Below are positions 47,151 to 60,101 of a DNA stretch of 64,000 nt, in pieces (the stretch's first letter is position 1; the number at the start of each line of letters is the position of its first letter). The DNA is from Lama glama. Its lineage: Eukaryota. The notes under the pieces were generated by a model, which was not told the DNA's origin, did no database searches, and saw only the letters and a program-made list of their open reading frames with translations. The stretch covers positions 25,298,001-25,362,000 of the forward strand of contig CM052817.1 of assembly GCA_028534125.1 (NCBI GenBank), given 5' to 3'. The translations under genes were made by a program, and so were the position numbers.

Positions 47151-49619
47151 AAGTGCCTCTAGGAAGATGGGAGGAGACTGGAACAGCACTCCCCACAAAT
47201 TTGACCTCGCTGGCATTTATGGAAGACTCCATCACACAGCTGCAGAAGAGAAATGTGAAAAGAGGGTTCAAAGAGCGGACTGGGGTGTGGGAGCCAGGGA
47301 GACCAAGCAGTTGATGGCTGAGGGGGGAAATGAATGGGCTGGAGGTGTGAAAAACCAAAGTAGTCGTGGAGAGTTTTGTTGTTTGCTACCCGGTGTGTAA
47401 AGCAAGCCCTTTTCTCCTCCCCCATCACATTCTCAGTGTAATCTACGTTACTCTACATGCTTTACATACTACTCTGCTTTTCTATTTTGGAGATGTAAAA
47501 ATGTATTGACAAAATTTGTGGTTGGCTTGGGGTGAAACCAGGGCTTCCTGTGAGAAGTTGACCATACTTGGGCTATGGTTCTCAGTCCCACCCAGGATCT
47601 TTAGGGCAGAGGAGCCAGCTTTAGCTCACATGAAACCATCCTCCAAGAAGACAGCCAGGTGGGTACCCTCAACGTGACTGCTGGACAGAGAGGAGGCCAG
47701 GCTGGCACCATCACTAAGGCCTTTAGATCTACCTCGCTGGCAGAGGGGAGGTCTACAGTGATGCTGGCTTTGGTGTGACAGCCTTTAAATCTCATCCAGA
47801 AATGCCTGTGCATGAGAAATGCCAGTGGACGCAATGGTAGGTGCACTCCAAGAAACTCCCTCCAAAAATCCCAGGCCAGTGGATGGTGTCTCAGCTGGCC
47901 TTGACGGAGATACCTTAGTCCTTGGGAAGTCGGATTCTGTCCCAGAAGATAAGAGGCAATCCACTGCAGAGATGAATTCCACTCAGCCTCAGCCTTGCCT
48001 GCTGCTGCAGGTTTACCTGGAGCCTGGAGCCTGGAGCCTATCTGTGGGGCTGACTGTCCAGCAAGCGCAGCCCACGGCTACGGACACTTGGGGGGAGCAG
48101 CAGGCCGAGGGCTGCAGGTTGACTGCAGAAATGCTGCAGACCTGGCTGACAACCCCTGGGGTGGAGAAGCAACAGATCTATGGAAAGTTTGCAAGGTTCT
48201 GGTATTAGGGATTATACAAGGCCTCAAAGCCACAAAAACCTCTCTGTGGTCGAATGCCTGCTGGCCTCAAATAAGCCTACGGGGTGCGGTGAGAGGCCAG
48301 CTTCTCCACGGCAGGTTTCTGACCGCACAGCAACAGAAAGGCTGAAGACCCTCTGCGGCAGGCTCCGAAGACTTCACCCACTCCTAGCTGAGTCAACACA
48401 GTTTTGAAAATCAAGCCTAAGGGAGTGTTTATAGCAAAATAACAAAACCAAAGCAAACAAAACAGAAACTTCACCAGGGAACAGGGAGGCTCCCAGATTC
48501 TCCCCGATAGGGAAGTTAATTTGGGAGGAGGCAGTGAGGGTGGGGGGGACTGGCGGTTTCAGGGGACACCACCAGCAGTGCGTGGGAGGTGAGGTGTGCG
48601 CCTCGGTTCTCTGAGATCTGATGCTTGGAGTGGAGCTGTCGGTGGGCCCCCTGCCTGCTGCCGACCCCTCCGGCCTCCCTGCCCTCCCTGCGTGCTCACC
48701 GCTGTCCCTCACTCCCAGCCCTGCTGTTCCTCTCAGCAAGCCAGTGTATTCGCTCCTCAGGGCCTTCACACTCGCTCTTGCCTCCTCAGAGTCATGGCCA
48801 ACCTCCTCTCTCCTCCTGGCTGGACTCCCTGCTTCCTTATGCCGCCCATGTGTTCAGCTTCCAGAGGGGCCGCTGCCCCTCCTGCCTGAGCCCCTCCCCC
48901 AGGCGCCCCTCCACATCTAGACGGAGCTGTGTTTTGCGTCTTGTTTTCTCTTCTCGCACTTCTTACAGAGAAAAGGCTGAGAGATTAGTCAAAGTTGGCA
49001 AATGCTAGCCCAGCAGAAGATGGACACACAGGAAAGGACCGTGGTTTCCTCAGCAGCAGAATAAGCTCCCAGGAAAGACCCACTTTTGTTGAGTTAAAGC
49101 TTTGTAAGCCAGTGGAGAGGAGGAGCCTCCCAGAGCTGTGGGCTGGCGGGCCCTGGGATTGCAGAGCACCACAGCCAAATGTCGCTGCACAAACAAATGG
49201 AGGCCCCGGGGCTGCTTGAGGAAGGGGTGGAGAGGCAAACCCAGTGTGGGGAGGCCTCAAGGGGACAGACACCTTAAAGGGTTACTAACTACGTTGTTTA
49301 CCATTTGATGTGCCATCGAACCATCCTCTGCCCCCTCCCCTTACAGTCCTCAGTGAAATCTCAACTGTTTGCTTACGTGGCACCTGCCTCGAGGCTGCCA
49401 CAGCAGGAACCACGCCCAGTGACACAGGTCACCCGGATCAGCTGGGGAAGGAAATTCCTTGTCTTCATTTTTACCGTGGACAGAGTCCTGAAAAAGAAAC
49501 ATGTAAATCTTTGAGATGTGTGGCCTTTTGGGAGCATATTTCAGATAAATGAAAAAGAATCAACAAATTAAACAGACCAAATGGCATCAGGGCAGAGTGA
49601 ACAACGTTCACTCACCCTC

Positions 49620-49961
49620 CGCGTTTGTTTGCTGGGGCTGCTGTAATGGACCACAGACTGCATGGCTTCAGTGACAGGAATTTATTTTCTTAAAATTCTG
49701 GAGCCACAAGTCTGAGATCAAGGTGTTATCAGAGTTGGTTTTTTCTGGGGCCTCTCTCCTTGCCTTGTAGATGGCCATCTCTCCCCTCACCTCTAGGTAG
49801 CTTTCTTCCCTGTGTCTGTGTTCTAATAAGGACAACAGTCAGTGAATGAGGGCCACTCAAATGACTTCATTTAATTGAATTCCCTCTGTAAAGACCGTAT
49901 CTCCAAGTACAGTCACATTTTCAGCATCTGAATTTTGGGGGACACAATTCAGCCCATAGCA
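49620..49961 (-). mobile_element. MLT1B-type MaLR solo LTR
   Basis: ggggctgctgtaa..aagtctgagatcaaggtgt..ctgtaaagaccgtatctccaagtacagtcacatt..ttttgggggacacaattcagcccatagca. Confidence 0.9.
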
Positions 49962-50649
49962 CCCTCCGTGCAGAACAGCTTCCTTCCACCCATGTTGCTG
50001 GAGAAAGCAGTTATTCTCCATGGCGAACACTGCATTTGTGCCCTTTCTTCTGTCCTTTCCAGAGATTTTCCCCCACGTAATCCCCTCTTTCTAGAAATAA
50101 AAGCTCATCCTTCTAAATCTCCTCTGAGCATGCAGGACCATCTTTTCAGAAACAGACCTTCTGAGAAATACATGCCTCCAATACATGCCACAGGCTGCTG
50201 TGTTGTGTTTTGTTTTGATTTGATTTAGTCCTCTAGAGAAAAGCCAGAAAGCCTGGAATGTGTCCATCTTGGACACAAGTGCTGTTGTGCCTGTCTTTCT
50301 CCAGACAGCCTAATCCTCTGTCCCATCCTGTCAGCAGGGGCTTGGGGACTCATCTGAGAACAGCCTGGGTGGGGGTGGGGGGGGTAGAATGCAAGCCTGG
50401 GGTTCCAGCACACGGTGTAAGAGGGATGAAGACGAGATGGCAATTCACAGGGTCATGGGGAGCAGCCCCAGGCAGGAGAAATGACAGGTGAGGCAGTTCT
50501 TGATGGACACCCACTGAGAGCCCAGAACTGAGAAGACAGTGGAAGCAGCTTATGAAGGAAGGGTTCACGTCATGCCTTCTAGAACACCACCATGTGAGGC
50601 TTCCACTCATTCCCGCCTCATCTCCACCCGTCCCTTACAAGAAACCTAC

Positions 50650-50860
50650 ACTCTAACCATCAGTAGTTACCACTCCCCCATTCATTGTGCTTTCCTGATT
50701 CCTTTCTCCTCAGCTAAAATCCTTCCCTCTGCCTGGAATAGTCTCCCCACCCCAGCTTCAACCTACTGAGAGTCTATCCTTTCAAGAAGATCAAGTTCCA
50801 ATGTGGCAAGAGGCCTTGATTGATCGTCCTCATCTCTGAACTCTGGAAGCATTTCATTAA
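50650..50860 (+). mobile_element. L2 relic
   Basis: ttccctctgcctggaatagtctcccc..ctatcctttcaag. Confidence 0.55.
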
Positions 50861-50944
50861 TTTCTCCTTCCCCTAAGGATTTGCCTAGAAGTAGAAGAGG
50901 CCACCTGTTACGGGGGAAATACATGGGCTTTGGTTTGGTGGTGA

Positions 50945-51142
50945 TAATATTTCTTGAGTGTTTACTACGTGTCCAGCATATCTCAGTGCTTTTCTCATTT
51001 AATCTTCACAGCTCCCACAGATGGATGTTATTATTAGTCCCATTTTGCAGAGGAGGAAACGGCAACTCAATGTGTCACGCAACAAGCCAGCGGATAGCAG
51101 GATTCAAGCACAGACTTGCTGACTCCAGAACCCATGCTCTTA
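50945..51142 (-). mobile_element. MIR SINE
   Basis: ctcatttaatcttcacagc..ttattagtcccattttgcagaggaggaaac..ggattcaagcacagac..gactccagaacccatgctctta. Confidence 0.85.
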
Positions 51143-51320
51143 GCCTGGGTCCTGAGATCAATTACAACACCTACTGGCTTTGTGACTTCGCACAACTCAG
51201 CCTCTCTGAACCTCACTTTTCGCACCTGTAAAATGGACTAATTATAATAATACCTCGTTGGGATTACCATGAGGACTAAGTAAGATCACATGTCTAAAGC
51301 ATCTTGATAGTGTCAGTTCT
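51143..51320 (+). mobile_element. MIR SINE, head-to-head with the previous copy
   Basis: tgtgacttcgcacaactcagcctctctgaacctcacttttcgcacctgtaaaatggactaattataata. Confidence 0.8.
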
Positions 51321-51692
51321 CTGAAGAGAGTGGTTTCTTGGTAATTCATGGTGCATATAACTGGTGGTCTCTCTAGAACGTAAGCTTCCATAGAGTTGGA
51401 AGAGAGTCTCATTTACCTACTGTGTAAATGTGACTGGTGCATGATATATATCAATTGAACACGTTATTTATTTTCTTCCCTTATAAGCTTTAAAAAACAG
51501 AGTCTGCGTGGGGCAGATTATAGACCCTACTGTGTGGTGCTGGAGCACGGGCTGTGACATCTTTTCTACCCCTGAAGTTCTAATCTAGAAACTGTGCATG
51601 GGGAATTTTCTCTCTTCCAATTACTTGCTAAATTCCAAGAAAATTCCTTGCAATAATGTCACTATTTTGTCTAGCCTAGATCTAGAGTCAGA

Positions 51693-51790
51693 TAGGGTGA
51701 CCAACCATTTTGATTTGCCTGAGTCCCTCCCAGTTTCAGCACTGGGAAACCTGTGGCTCCGGGGCATACGGGACAATTGGCCACCACAGA
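51693..51790. mobile_element. MER81-type hAT-Blackjack MITE
   Basis: Degenerate TIRs tagggtgaccaacc ... gggacaattggccaccaca; internal tcccagtttcagcactg. Confidence 0.75.
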
Positions 51791-52145
51791 GTCAAGCAAC
51801 AAGATTCATGAGAATAATAATGATCATTTACTGAACTCCTACTACATATCAGGCATAACGCAAGTGCTTTATGCTTGCAGTCTCGCCAAATCCTGCCTGC
51901 AATTCTAGAAGCGAATGGTTCTGCAGAAACAGATGTAATCGTTCACAGCACAGACCTTAAAGACATTCTTTGGAAAGGACTAAACCTCAGATAGAATCTA
52001 AGCAGTTTTCCATGGGTTCCTCTCACATGTGGCTTTTGGAGGGGCACAGGTGTTCACGTCTGCTTTCTCCGGAAGTAGCAGAGGGAGGAGCCAAGTTTCC
52101 TGTTGATTACATTTAATCTCACTCAACTACAAGTTCACTTTCGTA

Positions 52146-53022
52146 CAGCTTGGAAGTGAGGGCTTTGCATGGTAGCACGGGACCATAAAAATGACTGTGC
52201 AAGATGAAACTGTGCTGAGCAACCTTAATAATCAATGGGAAATTGTGTTGGTTTTTTGATATTTAAAATTTTTGTCAAAACCTTAAAAACATTTAGTGTC
52301 AACTATAAATGTATAGGGAAAAACAATAATTAAACTAATATTTGTTTTAGTCGATGGTAATTTAATTTAGTTGTTGGTGTGAACAGGGCTTGTCTCCTTA
52401 TCATGTAACTTACGATTTGGAGCAAGCGTTTTTTTCCGCACGCCTTGGCAAATTGTCGTACTCCTTTCTAAGTCTGGATCATCTTCCAACATTTCTTCCT
52501 TTGCATTTTCAATCTTACAAAATACATCTGAGAATTCCTTGAACGTGGGGGGTTTTGCTAGTATCACTTCTTGGGAATCTTCAGTCATCTTTTTGATCAC
52601 AACCACTTTCCTCATTTATGCCAATAAATTCACCTTCACTGAGTTTCTCTGGCTGCCTGTCTAACCTCTCACCTTCAGCTATTCTGTTCATGTGCAATTC
52701 AAATTCACTTTCAGCATTATTTTTGTTATTGTGTTCTTACTTCACTTCCATTTGTGTTGGCCAACTCCTTCTTCTGACAATCCATTTTTGAGAAATGTCT
52801 TATGAGTTTATCACTGGGAGACAAGGAAGCAACATGACTACAGACTGCTGTGAACTTCATAACGGATGCGCATGCACCACAGACTTTGAAAGAAGTGATG
52901 TGATTATTCATGATCATCCTGCACATGTTACTTATGTAGGGGTTTGTAGACTAAAGGGCTAGCAGCAAAGTTTTGCCCACAGTCAATGCAGAATGTAACT
53001 GAAATTTAAACCATGCTGAGGG
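52146..53022. mobile_element. Old Tigger (TcMar) element with transposase C-terminal remnant on the minus strand
   Basis: ORF 52615-52367: EVILAKPPTFKEFSDVFCKIENAKEEMLEDDPDLERSTTICQGV..LAPNRKLHDK resembles Tigger/CENP-B-like transposase C-termini; begins ta|cag. Confidence 0.75.
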
Positions 53023-53155
53023 GAAGTGGGTTTAGCTCAATGGTAGAGTGTATGCTTAGTGTGCACGAGGTCCTGGGTTCAATCCCCAGTCCCGCCATTA
53101 AAAAAATAAATTAATATAATAAATAAATAAACCAAATTAACTCCCATCCCCCCAG
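53020..53155 (+). mobile_element. tRNA-Ala-derived SINE (Vic-1-like, camelid type)
   Basis: A box tagctcaatgg (53033), tRNA-Ala(AGC)-like gtgtatgcttagtgtgcacgagg, B box ggttcaatccc (53076), then aaataaataaaccaaattaactccc tail. Confidence 0.88.
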
Positions 53156-53621
53156 TGTTTTACATCATTACCCCTTCATTCCCTATACGAGCTGGGCATC
53201 TGTGATTCTGTACTTTAGTGCTATTTGTGATCCAAAGCAGCATCTAAATGAATAGGTCTATGGACTTACCCTGGAGTTCTGGAAAACAAATCTCCTTTGA
53301 CATGTAAATTTTAAAAGGGGAAATACCTCCAAAGATATCCCGGATTATTCCCTAAAATTCTCTTGATGGCTCTGAAGAAACCTGCAACAGTACTTCCAAA
53401 TTATCAGAGAAAAAATGACAATAAAAAGTGATTTCTCAGCTTTTCTTTTTGGTGGTGGCCATGAGAGACGGGCAAGTTCCTCTGACCTGCCTGAGCAGAT
53501 GGAGTTTCATCCCTGGGAGCCTGGATGAACGATGAATTCAGACCCTCTCTAAATGTGGATTTGAAGGAGAAGTCTCCAGGAATCAGGCTTGAGGAGACAG
53601 GACCAGATCTCTCCTAAACCA

Positions 53622-53794
53622 CCAGTCCTCAAACGTGGCTGCACATTGGCCTTACCTGGTCATCTTTTAAACTCCTGATGCCTCCACCCACCCCCAGAAA
53701 TTCTGATTTCATTGGCCCTGAGTGAAGCCTAGGTATTAAGACTATTTTTAAGTTTCCTGGTGAGTCTAATATGTAGCATAGTTGAGAACAACTG
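53622..53794. mobile_element. MER5A hAT-Charlie element
   Basis: ctcaaacgtggctgcacattgg..cacccccagaaattctgatttcattgg..tttcctggtgagtctaatatgtagc..gttgagaacaactg. Confidence 0.85.
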
Positions 53795-54006
53795 ACCTAT
53801 GCAATCTAATAAGAAAAGGTTGTCACAGATATTAATGGTATTAATTATTAGTACTTGGAATGTATTTTACTGGATGAAGTTATAGCTGTGAACGGTAAGG
53901 GCTAACACATGAATCACTTAAATCAATATGAAAGGTGTTTTTTAATCAAAGAGTATATGCTGAAAAATCAATTGTATGCAATTTATTTAAAAGCAAATAC
54001 AAGACG

Positions 54007-54009
54007 TGT

Positions 54010-54043
<34 letters not shown>
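54007..54043. repeat. (TG)n microsatellite
   Basis: Direct read; one ta interruption. Confidence 0.95.
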
Positions 54044-54789
54044 CTGTACATGCAAACTCAGTGTCCTGAGATTGAGTTGATAGTCATGGGGACATTAGGC
54101 TTATCTGTGAGAGAATATATTGATGTGTTACTTTGTAATTAAGAATAAAATACACTTTAAAATTTATTCTCTGAGAGGTTTGGGCTTTTTTTTTTTTTTT
54201 TTTGGTTTGGGCTTTTTTGAGGGGGTTGTTTATTTATTTGTTTGTTCCTAAGAAAGGTGTTTTACTCTTTTGAGCTACAACCTCTGGGTGAAGCAAGGAT
54301 GCTTCACTCAGCGTGGGTAGAGTCACCAGACAGTTGGAGATAACAAGGGAAAAAGGAAATAAACAAAGAGTAACTTAATTTTATCCCAGACTTTGGCATA
54401 GGCACAAAAAAATAAGTCATTATTTCTCCCAAAAGAAAGGGCACTATTTGTATCTTTAGAGACTGTCTTGTTCTGGATCATTTCCCATCTGTGTGGGAGA
54501 GACACAAGCTGATTTTTATCCCCAGCCATCATGGAGATTTTATTTAAATTAAGGCTCTAGTCAAGTGACTAAATAAAGTGCAGGAAAACCTCCTGAGGTT
54601 GCAGAAGTGAGCAAAAATATGGCAAAGAGGCTTTATTGTATACATAAGTAAGATCATAAATTATTAGGGAATTATCTAAAATGTTTGCACAGGATGGCTG
54701 GCCCAGAGTGTCAGTCATTGCCAAGAAAAAGCACCTTGAAGACATTGTCGACTACAGAACTGGAGGTGGCCCAAAAGGACACACGAAAA

Positions 54790-54990
54790 ATAATAATAAC
54801 GAATGTCAGTTATTGAGTGGGTATAATCTAGTTACTGTTCTAAGCACTTCCTGCTTCAGTGATCTCATTGTGCCCTTATAAAGCAATATATTATGATCAG
54901 CCTGATTTTACAGATGAAGATGAGATTAAGTAACTCACCCAAGGTGATTCCAGTAAGAGGCAGTACGATTCCCGATAAGGCCCTCAGCCA
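54790..54990 (-). mobile_element. MIR relic
   Basis: ctgttctaagcactt..gattttacagatgaagatgagattaagtaactcacccaaggt. Confidence 0.7.
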
Positions 54991-57599
54991 CGGTGCCGTG
55001 TTTCCCAAAGCGGGCACCGTCGAACGCCCGGCAAGATGCCGGCAACGATGGCAAAAACAACTCCACAGGCAGATTTACAGAGCAAAACTTCTTTCTTTAC
55101 TAACAGCATGTCTTTAATATGTTAATAAGAATCTGCAGGTGAGGGAGATCATGTGATTTGACTGCAGCGTTCTGTTTTCACAGATCGTATGGTGGAGTAC
55201 ACTATGGAAAATGCTGTGTGAAGAGATAGAAGGGTTTCCTTTTGGGGAAAATGAGTTACACCTTTGGTGGAGAGGTAATGATTGAGGGGATCTGGTGACC
55301 ATAGACCTATATACCTGCTCCTAAGGGACTCAGCTGGAGGGAGGAACAAGGTGGGGTCTGGCTAGTGTGAGGGGCTGGAAAGGAAGACGGCACAGAAGTG
55401 GAGACTAGGGAGGAAGGGAAGCTAGCAGGACCAAAGCAGCCGCTGAGGGCGACAGCCAGGAGGAGCATCAGTGAGCTGTATACCCGGCGCAAGGGATGAA
55501 ACAAGGATTCAGGGAAGAATCGAGTTTCTAGGACAAGGACTAGAGCTGGGGTGCAGGTGTCAGGAGCACGTTAGAGGACTCAGATCGGGGGCTGCTGCTG
55601 AGGGCTTCAACCTGTTGCCCGGGCTTAGGTCCCATCAGCCAGGAAACAGGTCATTTCTCAGATCTCCCCTTTTACCTGCACCAGGGTTCACTCCCCTAGC
55701 GCAGAAGAACCCCCCAGGAGCACACTGAGGCCATGGGCAATTCTAAGATGTGACCCCATCTGGCTCCACCAAGCCTGACCCTGAAGAGCCCTGGGGCAGC
55801 CCTGAATCTGGGTTCCCGTCATCCCAGACCTGAGCGATGTCCCGCATCTTCTGAAAGCGTGTGCACACGGCCCCCGTGCCTCGTCCTTTCCCCCATCTGT
55901 CAGCACATACTTGTACTCACCCTTGGAAGTCAAGGCTGAAAAATCTGAATCGGTTACACCTGGCTTACTGGCACTGTTTACTGGTGTACACAGCAGATCT
56001 GATTTACGATAAGTTATGTCAAACACGTCAATTTGGTGCTTTGAAGTGTGGTGGGGGTAAGGGGGTGAAGGCTGCACGGGGTGTGGAGAAGATGGGAGAA
56101 TTTTGTCTGTTTTTCACCTGAGGAATAATTCAATTCCCAGTTTGATTCCAGAGAAACCATAAAAATCAAGCCAGATAAAAATGATACAAACCAGCAATGA
56201 GAAGAACCCAAGCGTTTTGTTTTTTTTCTCTTCCAGGAGAACCTCGTTAGCATTTCGGAAATGAACACAAATTTCCAAGAAAGGAAAAATGGGCCTTCCT
56301 TGCGGGCCCTCCCTCTTCCCCATACCCTCTTCCTCTTCTCTCTCCTTCCCCTTTTCTTTTCTCATCAGCCCCTGAGTTGCCAGCGACTATAGGAAAAGAG
56401 GAAAAGACGGAAGCTAAATCAGCACTCTACTCCACCCCTTATAAAGCACAACAAAACCCTTTTTTAAAGGATGGCTTTGCATGAATGTATGCACACCCAG
56501 CCCTCTGCTTCAACCAGGCTCTAATTTCTGGTAAAGGCAGAGTTTTCAGAGCTCATGGGATAGCCCGAGTCAGGAGATTTAAAAACCCTGACAACCACCA
56601 GTCTTGTTTCATGTCATGATTGCACCACTGGTTACCCTGATGTTGAATCAGCATTCTGCAGACCACATAAAGGTCAGGTCTCTCTTCACAAAGTGAAAGT
56701 GCTGAATTATATTGAAACTGTAGAAAAACACAAACCAACCTTGACTCGAGTGTCTAAGTGTCAGCTCTGAAAGTTTTGTTTTTATCTGAAATTACAGTAA
56801 ATTCATCTCAGAATGGTTGAGGAATGTGGTCTTCTGCGTAACTGACTTGCCCACTTAATTGCAAGTTACCGCGTTTACGACCAGGCCCTCCCTCCTTTCC
56901 CAGGCCTTTGCCTACCCTGGGCTACTTCTCCAATTGGCGCCATCAACGTGCAGGCCCAGGCACGCCTCTGTTTCTGGTTGGGGCAAGAAGTCAGTGGCCT
57001 CGGATATACCACGGGACTTCATGAACCAGAGCTGCCCCCTGGGTGTCCTGGGGCCCCATGGAGCACTGCTGCCCACCCGATGCTGGGGGAGGAGGGTTAG
57101 GCAGGTCTGTGTTCACATTTGGCCTCGGCCTCGGCCACACCCTGGCTGCTAGTTTCCGGGCTGACTCCCCGTTGCTGAACTGCACTCACTGTTGCCCATT
57201 AGTGCCGACACGGGTCTACATTTGGCCGGAGCCTGCACTGTCCTTGGACCCACTGTGCCTGGGCCATCCCACCTCCTTCCCAGCCTGGTCTCTGCAGCTG
57301 GAGCAGCACCCCAGGTCACGCCCTGTGCCCAGAGGAGCTCCACATCTCATCTCACCTCCCTCCCAATCAGTGTCCCCACCCCAGGCTGGAGCCTCCCACC
57401 CTTGTGCCTGGACCTGCTTTCTACGGTGTCACATGCCCTCTATGGGTTTCTAACTTTCAAAGAGTGAAAAACATTCTTATAACTTAAATATATTGAGTCT
57501 AATCATCTTCCTGATCGTTTCCAAAGCACCTCGAGAACTTAGCAGTGCCTTAGCATTTCTTCCAGACTACCAGGGCTTTTGGAGGGTGGAAAGATCCAG

Positions 57600-57790
57600 G
57601 AGTAGAATTAGGAGAGTGATCTAGATGGTACAGATTCCAAGACCCCCCTGAAAACTAAGTGACTTCAAGCAAATTGCTTAACTTCTCTAAGCCTCAGTTT
57701 TCTTATCTGACAAGAGGACAATTATATGTAACTCATGAGGCTTCTGTGAGGGCTAAAGATCGTGGGTATAAAGGGCTTGCTTAATTAAAA
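57600..57790 (+). mobile_element. MIR relic
   Basis: gtgacttcaagcaaattgcttaacttctctaagcctcagttttcttatctg. Confidence 0.8.
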
Positions 57791-57914
57791 CATTCTTAAT
57801 ATTGGCTTGAGATTTACATTTCCATAAAAGTAGGAATTTGGATTGATTTAGTGGTTCACATCCTAAGGGGGAATAAAACCATTACCTAATTGTCATTCCA
57901 CTGTAATGTTCTGT

Positions 57915-58037
57915 TCCCTCTCTGGCTCCCCCAGTAGACAGTTAGCTTCTCAAGGCCAGGCCAGGTATCATGTCTGGTTCTCCTGTCTCTGTGCCAGCAC
58001 TGCACCTGTCAGAGAGTGTCTGTTAAATAGATGAATC
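57915..58037 (+). mobile_element. L2 3' end relic
   Basis: ccccagtagacagttagcttctcaaggccagg..tgttaaatagatgaat. Confidence 0.6.
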
Positions 58038-58459
58038 CATCAGCTATGTCACTCTCCCAGCCAAGCCTGGGGATCATGTCTCTAACGTACACTCCTGGGT
58101 ACCTCTGACAGAGGAATTGTGCCAACCTGGCAGGAGCTACAATGAGTGGGGATATTTGCTCCCCTCCCCTACTTCCTACTGCCAGTACCAATAAGACAGG
58201 GTGAAAATGTCTGGTAAATGTGGGCAAGGTCAATAAAACCCAAGCAGCTTCCTAATGCCTCCTGTCGCTGCTCCCACAATTATGCTGTGAGCTGGGCAAT
58301 GGCATACGCCAAGCAGCAGGGCCAGCTGAGTGGCAGAGACCCCTGATTCCCACTACACAAATCTCTACCACTCGGACCTCACTCATTAAGGCACTGTGTT
58401 TCCACGAGGCCTGATTAAGTGCAGTGCTGCTTCTAAAAGACAGCTGGGGGATGATGAGG

Positions 58460-58900
58460 TGTTCATTCCTTCCTTCACTGGCTCGTTCATTCTACAAACT
58501 TTAACTGAACACCTACTATGTCCCACTGACTGTATCATATGCTGAAGAGGCACAGTCCAGGCCCTCAGAGAACTCTGGGACTCCTGAGGGAAACAAACAA
58601 GGAAACCAACAATGACGCTGCAGTGGGACGAGAGCTAGAACAGTGGAGGCACTGGCTGGGAGGACACACGGGACATGTGGCAGGACTAGGTAGAGTGTGG
58701 GATTTTGGAGGGCGATGTAAAGAGAGCTTTGGGCAGGTGGAATTTAACGCCTTGAAGGATGAGTAGGCATTAGGGCATTGGGCAGGTACCTCAAGAAAGT
58801 GTGGAGAGCAAGGGGAGATGATTCAGTAGGACATGGGGATGGACAACAGCACGACCAAGAAAGAATGAAGGGTCAGGAGGTGGCAAATGGGGATCTGGTG
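58460..58900 (-). mobile_element. L2 relic
   Basis: tcattccttcc..tttaactgaacacctactatgtc..gccttgaaggatgagtagg. Confidence 0.65.
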
Positions 58901-59014
58901 AGGAAGAACCCAGAGATGTGAGTTCCAAGCTCCCAGGGATGGGGAAAGAAATGTCCTTTGGTGTAGACTTAGGGTACTGGAAAGATAGATGATGTGAAAC
59001 CTTTATCCAGCTCT

Positions 59015-59115
59015 GGCTTTACACGCAAGGAAGCTGAAGTCTGGAGATGAGAAATCATTAAGGTCACAGAGCAAGTGATCAGCATAACTGGACCTGGAAC
59101 TGGGCCTCTGGACCT
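59015..59115 (-). mobile_element. MIR relic
   Basis: aggaagctgaagtctggaga..aaggtcacagagcaagt. Confidence 0.55.
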
Positions 59116-59919
59116 ACAGGAGTGAGAAGAAATGAGCTCCAGGCCCCTCTCTGTTGGAGTCCACTTTCCCACCCTCCTTCCTCCAAAGAGCTGCCTTCTA
59201 CCTCAGTCAAAGGTAGTGAATAGAACCACTGATTGCTGGAGATGGGGGCGAAGGTTCAGAGAGGCCCTTGATCAGAGAACTGGAGGACCGCCCAGCTGCC
59301 CTCACAAAGCTTACTAGAAGGTCCTTTATAGACCTTGAAAGCTCAAGGCCTGGATGATGTCTCTCTCAAATGGTATCCTTGAGTTTATGAGCGTCATGTC
59401 TCCACCTTACATCTTTTTCCTTTGAGATTCATTCTTTCCTCTGGTATCACTTTTACTACCCAAGGGGGTATCCCTGCTGATGGGTACGCACCCCAGAGAG
59501 GTGGAAATCTAGGAAGCATGCACCCTGCCGAATTTTTCAGCTCCTTTGTCTTACTTTTTTTAAAGAAGTTAGACCCATCTTTCCAATCACTATAATGAAT
59601 CAGGCACAAGAGAAAGTAAATTATTGTGAAAATTCATAAACGTTGTGGTTGAATGAAAAGCCATTTTAAATGAAAATACTTCTCACAAAACAGAGAATGC
59701 ATATCTCTTAGGCATTGCTTCTCTTTTCTCCTGTGAACACACAGTATGTAAAAAACAGCCAAATTGCTCATAAAGATATCTGTGGTATACACTGCAACTT
59801 TCTTCTAAACTATTTTTTCTTGTTTGAAATGAGGACTTTGGAAATCTTCATTTCCTGGGTTCAACAAATTGTGAAGATAGATAGATAGATAGATTCATGA
59901 ATTCATTTATTCATCCCCA

Positions 59920-60101
59920 TAGGATCAGCCTTACAATTTGTAAGGTCCACTGCAAAATGAAAATGGGGGTTCCTCTTGTTGAACATCACTAAGAGTTTCC
60001 AAGATGGTGATGGCAAATCATTAAACCAAGCATTAAATTCACTTTACTGAGCGGGACGCCCTGTGCAACTGCACTGGCTGCACACCCACGAAGCCCACCC
60101 T
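59920..60101 (-). mobile_element. Near full-length MER91A-type hAT-Tip100 element
   Basis: ccactgcaaaatgaaaatgggg..tttccaagatggtgatggca..cattaaaccaagca..gccctgtgcaactgcac..gcacacccacgaagcccaccctg. Confidence 0.8.

Noticed and set aside
47819..49272. Cluster of overlapping 95-131 aa ORFs in a GC-richer region
   Set aside because: No recognisable domain, ORFs on both strands in several frames as expected from stop-codon scarcity, and no clear exon boundaries.
53020..53097. tRNA-Ala gene (also 27973-28049 on minus)
   Set aside because: Acceptor stem and anticodon arm are degenerate and a SINE-type tail follows; these are SINE heads.
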